The translations under genes were made by a program, and so were the position numbers. The notes under the pieces are model-generated. The model saw only the letters and a program-made list of their open reading frames with translations. It did not search any database and had not been told where the DNA came from. A stretch of 63,572 nt of DNA, counting the filler. It is 3 parts of 3 records of this genome, joined end to end, with 100 filler letters (N's around TTAATTAATTAA, not from the genome) between each part and the next. Parts side by side here need not be neighbours in the genome. Positions count along the whole stretch, not along the records: positions 35,532 to 63,572 come from SRR20825010_1429; 2 more parts are not named here. The stretch is one strand, 5' to 3'. The first letter of the stretch is position 1; each line of letters begins with the position of its first letter. Below, piece by piece: positions 57,853 to 63,572 of the stretch.

Positions 57853-58415
57853 TATTTTCTCAATAGTTGGTTAATGTAGTTCTGGGCCGTTATCAGCCTT
57901 GTTTTTTTATCACCCTTTAAGATAATAAAATTCCTGTTATATTTTTCCAAAGTATCCTTGAAATAAAGAAACATTCGTTCACGGTCATTTGGTTTATCCC
58001 TTAGGTCATCCTTTTCCCACGGAATGTCTATATAGGTCAGAAAATAGATATCGTAAGTGTTCTGCAATGCGTAAGTCTCCAAAACTGGATCACAATATCC
58101 CAAATAGTAGGCTTCGGAATAAACTTTGGTCTCCAAAAGATCGGTATCGCATATTAAGACTTCATTAGCCTTCTTGGTCAGGGAATTTTCCAATTTGATC
58201 TGTCCCTCAGCTATGGGCAATAAATCTTTTGGCTCACAGGTTTTCCTTTCCTTATCCCATTTGTCCTGAAGGTATTCACGTGCATATTCCGGTACCCAAA
58301 CGGTATTGTAATGCTTGGCCAAATCTTGGGACAAGGTTGTCTTTCCCGTAGATTCCGGTCCAAATAACACTACTTTAATAATACTTGAGGGCTCTTGTTT
58401 AAACTTTTCTTCCAT
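57852..58415 (-). CDS. Stand-alone NadR-type kinase (P-loop) domain
   Basis: GPESTGKTT, EYAREY, CDT and PWEKDDLRD; no N-terminal adenylyltransferase domain. Confidence 0.85.
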   Translation of the reverse strand: MEEKFKQEPSSIIKVVLFGPESTGKTTLSQDLAKHYNTVWVPEYAREYLQDKWDKERKTCEPKDLLPIAEGQIKLENSLTKKANEVLICDTDLLETKVYSEAYYLGYCDPVLETYALQNTYDIYFLTYIDIPWEKDDLRDKPNDRERMFLYFKDTLEKYNRNFIILKGDKKTRLITAQNYINQLLRK

Positions 58416-59008
58416 GCAAGGTATCCGAAAATGGCAATAATAGTGAACAATAAATATTGCAGAGATGTAAATATAAGTCCTTTATAAAAATATAATGGAA
58501 CCGATATTACATCACCGATAATCCAATATACCCAATTTTCAAGTTTTTTCTTGGCCATGAGCCACATTCCCACAAAGAATACGGCCGTTGTAAAGGTGTC
58601 TATATAAGCTGTCCAACTATCCAACTTATCAAATACCACGTATACAAAAACAACAAATAAAATAGTAGCAACAAATAAAAAAACCGTCCATTTTTTCTCT
58701 TTGGGGGTCGTTGTAGTTATGGGAATAAAATGGGTCTCATCTACCTTTCTAGTCCATATATACCATCCGTAGACACTCATGGCGAAGTAATAGGCATTGA
58801 TCAGCATATCTCCCAATAACCCAAAAACAAAAAGGATATATACAAACAGCCCCGTACTAAGGATTCCTGTAGGGAAAACCAATATATTTTCCCTCATGGA
58901 GTACCAAACACTTAAAAATCCGAAAAACACCCCTACCATTTCCAAAATTATCAAATGGGTAGGAGTATCTTGGTACTGGGCAAAAATCCATTCAAAAATG
59001 GGGCTCAT
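58370..59008 (-). CDS. pnuC: PnuC family transporter
   Basis: YGWYIW, D.FTT, WLMAKKKLENWVYWI. Confidence 0.92.
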   Translation of the reverse strand: MSPIFEWIFAQYQDTPTHLIILEMVGVFFGFLSVWYSMRENILVFPTGILSTGLFVYILFVFGLLGDMLINAYYFAMSVYGWYIWTRKVDETHFIPITTTTPKEKKWTVFLFVATILFVVFVYVVFDKLDSWTAYIDTFTTAVFFVGMWLMAKKKLENWVYWIIGDVISVPLYFYKGLIFTSLQYLLFTIIAIFGYLAWKKSLNKSPQVLLK

Positions 59009-59341
59009 AGTTACTCCGGTCAGATTTTAGAATTTACATTTTTATCAAACCACTTTCCAACAATCCCAATGAAGATTTGTTTCCTCATTCAAACCTTACT
59101 TAAACACTGAAGTTATATACGTGATCCAATAGGTTTATTTTGGTGATTTTAGCAAGGCTTTAAACAATTAATGTTGATCAAAAATAGCCTTTCCCAATAA
59201 AAATATTAGGGTTTATCAGAAAAAATACTTCGGAATTGGTAGGATTATCGCATTTATTCCCGAACAGACAACTAACTAAATCCAAGATTATGAAGCAGTA
59301 ATATTGGCTATAATAAGACTGGCTGTAAAGATTGCAGCCCA

Positions 59342-59974
59342 CTAATTTTTAATGGCATACACACAGGTATATCCCTCAAACTCCAAAAATATAATATTGT
59401 AGTGGGAGGCCTTTCCCTTATATAGAATGGTGCCAGTAGTCTCTGAGTCGGACAAAGAAAAATCCGTAATATCTATATGGTGCAAAAAACTTAGGCCATG
59501 TTGGGCATAAATCTTGTACAAAGATTCCTTGGCTCCCCAAACAATGGTAAGTTTTCTTACCAAGGCATCCGCATTTGCCACGGTTTTATATTCCTCCAAT
59601 GGGGTATACTTGTTTGCTATCCTTAGAATCTTATCACGTTGCATTTCAATGTCGATTCCTACCTCTTTGGTATCCGAAATAATAATTCCCGTAAATTCGT
59701 GTGAATGTGTAATGGAGATAAACTTGCCATCTGTCAAATGCGGTTTGCCCGCATCATCATAAAATAGATCGTGATCAACATAACCCTCTATTGCCATTAA
59801 ATGTCTTATACTCAGGAACCCCCTTCTATGCAATTCCGACTTCATTCCCATCATACGTTTTTGACAATGCGGGGTAAGCACAACCCCTTCAGAAAGTTGG
59901 GATTCCGTTTCTTCAACTTTCCAAATCAAGACTTTAGCATCGTCCCCAACTGTTATTGTTTTGTAAAGAGGCAT
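59342..59974 (-). CDS. 4'-phosphopantetheinyl transferase (Sfp type)
   Basis: GKP, ISITHS, VGIDIE and WGAKESLYK motifs. Confidence 0.9.
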   Translation of the reverse strand: MPLYKTITVGDDAKVLIWKVEETESQLSEGVVLTPHCQKRMMGMKSELHRRGFLSIRHLMAIEGYVDHDLFYDDAGKPHLTDGKFISITHSHEFTGIIISDTKEVGIDIEMQRDKILRIANKYTPLEEYKTVANADALVRKLTIVWGAKESLYKIYAQHGLSFLHHIDITDFSLSDSETTGTILYKGKASHYNIIFLEFEGYTCVYAIKN

Positions 59975-59994
59975 TAGATTATTTAAGTTATTAC

Positions 59995-60002
59995 TACCTT
60001 TG
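59995..60002 (+). promoter_or_regulatory. Bacteroidota -7 promoter element for ahcY
   Basis: TACCTTTG. Confidence 0.55.
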
Positions 60003-60163
60003 CAAATGCAAAATACAAGTATATTGTTCTATTACTAAAATAAAAATAAAAAAGGAGAAGAAATAGGCTATTCGAAGATATTCTTCATTTAAATTGTTTT
60101 TAATTTATTCTTCCGATTTATTTTCCAACGAATACGAACAACTAACTATAACAAAAAAAGTTT

Positions 60164-61480
60164 ATGAGTACTAAAACCATTCCTTACGTACCCTATAAAG
60201 TAAAAGACATTGGCCTGGCCAAATGGGGAAGAAAAGAAATTGAACTTGCGGAAGCCGAAATGCCCGGACTAATGTCCTTAAGGGAAGAGTACGGAAAAGA
60301 ACAGCCTCTTAAAGGCGCCCGTATTGCCGGGTGTTTGCATATGACCATACAAACAGCGGTACTCATCGAGACCTTGGTTGCCCTTGGCGCAGAGGTGACT
60401 TGGAGTTCATGTAATATTTTCTCTACCCAAGATCAGGCTGCTGCTGCTATAGCCTCAGCCGGGGTTCCTGTATATGCATGGAAGGGAATGAACGAAGAAG
60501 AATTTAATTGGGCCATTGAACAGACCTTGTTTTTCGGAGAAGATCGTCAACCCTTAAACATGATCTTGGATGATGGGGGAGATCTTACCAACATGGTATT
60601 GGACAAATACCCAGAATTGGCTTCAGGTATCAAAGGCCTTTCCGAAGAGACTACCACTGGTGTTCATAGGCTTTATGAAAGGGTGAAAAAAGGAACCTTG
60701 CCAATGCCCGCCATCAATGTTAACGATTCTGTTACAAAATCCAAATTCGACAACAAATACGGTTGCAGGGAAAGTGCCGTAGATGCTATTCGCAGGGCTA
60801 CGGATACAATGCTTGCGGGCAAAAGAGTTGTAGTTGCCGGATACGGTGATGTAGGAAAGGGTACAGCAGCTTCTTTTAAAGGTGCGGGGTCTATTGTTAC
60901 AGTTACCGAAATTGATCCAATTTGTGCCTTACAGGCAGCTATGGACGGTTTTGAGGTAAAGAAAATGGATACAGTGGTTGGAAATGCCGATATAGTAATA
61001 ACCACTACCGGAAATAAGGATATTATTCAGTCGCAGCATTTTAAAGCGATGAAAGACAAAGTCATAGTGTGTAATATTGGCCATTTCGACAATGAAATAG
61101 ACATGTCATGGCTGAACAAAAATTACGGCCATACCAAGGATGAAATAAAACCACAGGTTGACAAATATACCCTTGAAGGAAAGGATATTATTGTTTTGGC
61201 AGAAGGTAGATTGGTAAACTTGGGATGCGCTACCGGTCATCCAAGTTTTGTAATGAGCAACTCCTTCACCAACCAAACCTTGGCGCAAATGGAACTTTGG
61301 AACCATAGTGACAAATACAATAATGACGTATATATGCTTCCAAAACATTTGGACGAAAAAGTGGCCGCTTTGCACCTTTCCCGATTGGGAGTGGAATTGG
61401 AAACTTTAAGACCGGAACAGGCAGAATATATTGGAGTAACCGTTGAGGGTCCTTTTAAGCCCGATTATTATAGGTACTAG
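60164..61480 (+). CDS. ahcY: Adenosylhomocysteinase
   Basis: [27 protein letters not shown] and GHPSFVMS motifs. Confidence 0.98.
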   Translation: MSTKTIPYVPYKVKDIGLAKWGRKEIELAEAEMPGLMSLREEYGKEQPLKGARIAGCLHMTIQTAVLIETLVALGAEVTWSSCNIFSTQDQAAAAIASAGVPVYAWKGMNEEEFNWAIEQTLFFGEDRQPLNMILDDGGDLTNMVLDKYPELASGIKGLSEETTTGVHRLYERVKKGTLPMPAINVNDSVTKSKFDNKYGCRESAVDAIRRATDTMLAGKRVVVAGYGDVGKGTAASFKGAGSIVTVTEIDPICALQAAMDGFEVKKMDTVVGNADIVITTTGNKDIIQSQHFKAMKDKVIVCNIGHFDNEIDMSWLNKNYGHTKDEIKPQVDKYTLEGKDIIVLAEGRLVNLGCATGHPSFVMSNSFTNQTLAQMELWNHSDKYNNDVYMLPKHLDEKVAALHLSRLGVELETLRPEQAEYIGVTVEGPFKPDYYRY

Positions 61481-61529
61481 ACTGCCTTCTTGTTTGGAAA
61501 GATTCAAGAATCCATTATAATACAAAACC

Positions 61530-61562
61530 AAAATCCTTATCACTCAAACAGATAAGGATTTT
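61530..61562 (+). terminator. Intrinsic terminator after ahcY
   Basis: AAAATCCTTATC...GATAAGGATTTT. Confidence 0.75.
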
Positions 61563-61588
61563 GATTTTTTAATTCCTACACCAACTTA

Positions 61589-62692
61589 ATGAACATACTC
61601 TTAACCGGAGCTACTGGAACCTTAGGTTCTAGAGTATTATTTTCGCTTTTGGAACTTCGCTTTCAAAGTATAGACAACATTTACCTCCCTGTTCGTAAGA
61701 AAACTTCTGTTGGACCTGAACAACGAATCATAAATGTAGTTTCAAGTGAGTTCGCAACAGATTTTGTAAAAAAGAACCTTCCTGAAGTCTTAAAAAAAAT
61801 AGTCACGGTAGATGCGGAAGAATTATTAAATCCGGCTTCTTTTCTAGGAAATAATAAGTTGGATTATTTTATTCACTCGGCCGGGTATGTCAATTTATCA
61901 ACTGATCCTGCCGCCAAGGAGGAAATATTCAATCAAAATTTACAGTTTACCAAAGATATATTCAATACCTATTGCAGCCATATTGTAAAATTCGTCTATA
62001 TAAGTACGGCATTTGCCGCAGGAAATATAGGTGGATTATTGCACAACGATTATACCAAAATAAAAAACGGTAATTACCGCAATCATTACGAAGCCTCCAA
62101 ACACGCTTCGGAAAAGTTCCTGTTAAAAGCTGGTAAGGCAAAAAATATTCCAATTCAAATTTTGCGGCCCAGTGTACTTGGGGGAAATATTTATGGGAGC
62201 CCAAATTATTTTATATCAAAATACATGGTCTTTTATCTCTTTGCGAAGTTTTTTCACAATAGCAGCTCGAAGGACGCCATACGTATTACTACCAAAACGG
62301 ACACTGGGCTAAATATTATTCCAACGGACTATGCCGCTCAGGTAATTGCCATGGTCATTTCTACAGAAATTCAACAATTGAACATTGTTAATTCCAAAGA
62401 GACGAACATGAAAAAAGGCATTGCCAAAATTTTGAAGGTCGTAGGCTTCTCCAATTTTAGTTTTACCGAAGATAAAATTAATACCTCAACAGGATTTTCT
62501 TCAAAGTTGGAAGAGTTTTACTACGAAACCATTGGACTGCATTTACACCCCTACATGACCTCTAAACCCAATGAATGGGACACAAGCCTATTGGAGAGTA
62601 TTTTGCCCATACCTAACTACAACCTAGTGGATTATTTATCTGAAACAGTTGCTTTTGCCAAGGCCAAGAATTTTAGAAATCAGAAGTGGTAA
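61589..62692 (+). CDS. Extended SDR oxidoreductase (acyl-CoA/thioester reductase-like)
   Basis: TGATGTLG, HSAG, YISTA, YEASK and RPS motifs. Confidence 0.8.
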   Translation: MNILLTGATGTLGSRVLFSLLELRFQSIDNIYLPVRKKTSVGPEQRIINVVSSEFATDFVKKNLPEVLKKIVTVDAEELLNPASFLGNNKLDYFIHSAGYVNLSTDPAAKEEIFNQNLQFTKDIFNTYCSHIVKFVYISTAFAAGNIGGLLHNDYTKIKNGNYRNHYEASKHASEKFLLKAGKAKNIPIQILRPSVLGGNIYGSPNYFISKYMVFYLFAKFFHNSSSKDAIRITTKTDTGLNIIPTDYAAQVIAMVISTEIQQLNIVNSKETNMKKGIAKILKVVGFSNFSFTEDKINTSTGFSSKLEEFYYETIGLHLHPYMTSKPNEWDTSLLESILPIPNYNLVDYLSETVAFAKAKNFRNQKW

Positions 62693-62726
62693 AACAAATA
62701 TAGTATTCAGTATAGTATGTAAAAAC

Positions 62727-62760
62727 AAAAAACTCTTTCCAACTAAGGAAAGAGTTTTTT
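62727..62760. terminator. Bidirectional intrinsic terminator
   Basis: AAAAAACTCTTTCC...GGAAAGAGTTTTTT. Confidence 0.88.
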
Positions 62761-62782
62761 AATACTTAAAAGCTGGAATGTA

Positions 62783-63043
62783 TTAAGCCTCAAAAGGTTC
62801 AATAGAAACATAGGATTTACCTCCTGCTTTCTTTTGGAATTTTACAAGACCGTCTACCCTTGCATGCAAGGTATGATCTTTTCCAGCATAAACATTTTCA
62901 CCTGGGTTATGTTTAGTACCACGTTGTCTTACAATGATGTTCCCAGCAATGGCAGCTTGTCCACCATAAATCTTAACGCCCAAGCGTTTTGATTCTGATT
63001 CCCTACCGTTTTTAGAACTACCTACACCTTTCTTATGTGCCAT
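62783..63043 (-). CDS. rpmA: 50S ribosomal protein L27
   Basis: [22 protein letters not shown]. Confidence 0.99.
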   Translation of the reverse strand: MAHKKGVGSSKNGRESESKRLGVKIYGGQAAIAGNIIVRQRGTKHNPGENVYAGKDHTLHARVDGLVKFQKKAGGKSYVSIEPFEA

Positions 63044-63067
63044 GATATATTGTTTTAATTCTTGTTA

Positions 63068-63572
63068 TTAACTTAAAGCGGCAATCAATTCTGCTTTTTT
63101 CATTGAAGAATAACCTTCAACTCCCTTAGCTTTTGCCAATTCTCTTAGCTCTGCAACCGTATTTTTACTCAAATCCTCGGTAGCTTTAGCTTCCTCCTTC
63201 TTTGGAGCTTCTGCTTTTACCTCTGCTTTTTTAGCAGCAGGTTTAGCTTCTTTTTTTGGTTCCGCCTTTTTCTCAGATTTTTTGGCTCCAGAGGCAATAA
63301 TACCCTCTATTACCAATTCAGTCAAATATTGACGGTGACCGTTTTTCTTTTTGTAACCTTTACGTCTTTTCTTTTTAAAGACAATTACCTTATCACCTTT
63401 TAGGTGCTTAATGACTTTAGCCTCAACAGCGGCTCCGTCTATAGCTGGGGCGCCAATTGTAATGTTACTACCATCTTCCAACAAAAGAACGTTATCAAAG
63501 GTTACTTTGCTACCTTCTTCGTCTTGTAAACGGTGAACATACACTTTTTGGTCTTTCGCAACTTTAAATTGC
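63068..63572 (-). CDS. rplU: 50S ribosomal protein L21 with C-terminal extension (5'-truncated by window end)
   Basis: QFKVAKDQKVYVHR...KKKRRKGY..KNGHRQ; the frame is open to the window end. Confidence 0.97.
   Translation of the reverse strand, partial: QFKVAKDQKVYVHRLQDEEGSKVTFDNVLLLEDGSNITIGAPAIDGAAVEAKVIKHLKGDKVIVFKKKRRKGYKKKNGHRQYLTELVIEGIIASGAKKSEKKAEPKKEAKPAAKKAEVKAEAPKKEEAKATEDLSKNTVAELRELAKAKGVEGYSSMKKAELIAALS

Noticed and set aside
59009-59341. Long gap before pnuC as a riboswitch or gene remnant
   Set aside because: Only a short hairpin near 59320-59339; no recognisable aptamer or decayed ORF by eye. A covariance search would be needed.
60003-60163. SAH/SAM riboswitch upstream of ahcY
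   Set aside because: The leader is AT-rich and lacks recognisable aptamer consensus.
1-63572. CRISPR arrays, transposases, integrases, prophage genes, rRNA
   Set aside because: No regularly spaced repeats or matching protein/RNA signatures were seen.

Overview
The window is three Bacteroidota contigs joined by two identical artificial 100-nt linkers (N44-TTAATTAATTAA-N44 at 16513-16612 and 35432-35531), so adjacency across the linkers is meaningless. Contig 1 (1-16512) looks Cytophagales-like from memory of its proteins. It carries a ParE fragment, lysS, a frameshifted lipoprotein with a bacteriocin-like tail plus a small membrane protein, BlaI/BlaR1, proline dehydrogenase, an aromatic amino-acid cluster (two DAHP synthase-chorismate mutase paralogs, a Phe/Tyr leader-peptide attenuator, aroB, aroA), an ABC exporter and an AT-rich lipoprotein/metallopeptidase island. 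Contigs 2 and 3 look Flavobacteriaceae-like and are mostly housekeeping (susC start, LacI, SSS, PIG-L, maf, kdsC, ccsA, MATE, bshB1, partial tRNA-His, tag, aat, greA, ahcY, rpmA, rplU). They also hold a DUF1080 sugar cluster, a TPP-riboswitch TonB receptor, a sigma-54 phosphorelay with three PepSY-like target paralogs, and a pnuC-kinase-DUF4301 operon. Best leads: (1) the lipoprotein-tethered Cys-to-Cys cationic peptide with a putative immunity gene; (2) the FYYFFYF attenuator; (3) the local sigma-54 regulon with repeated enhancer architecture; (4) DUF4301 as a pyrophosphorylase-fold enzyme that may replace NadR's missing adenylyltransferase. All family calls come from motif recognition by eye; no searches were run. 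No CRISPR array, rRNA or transposase was seen.
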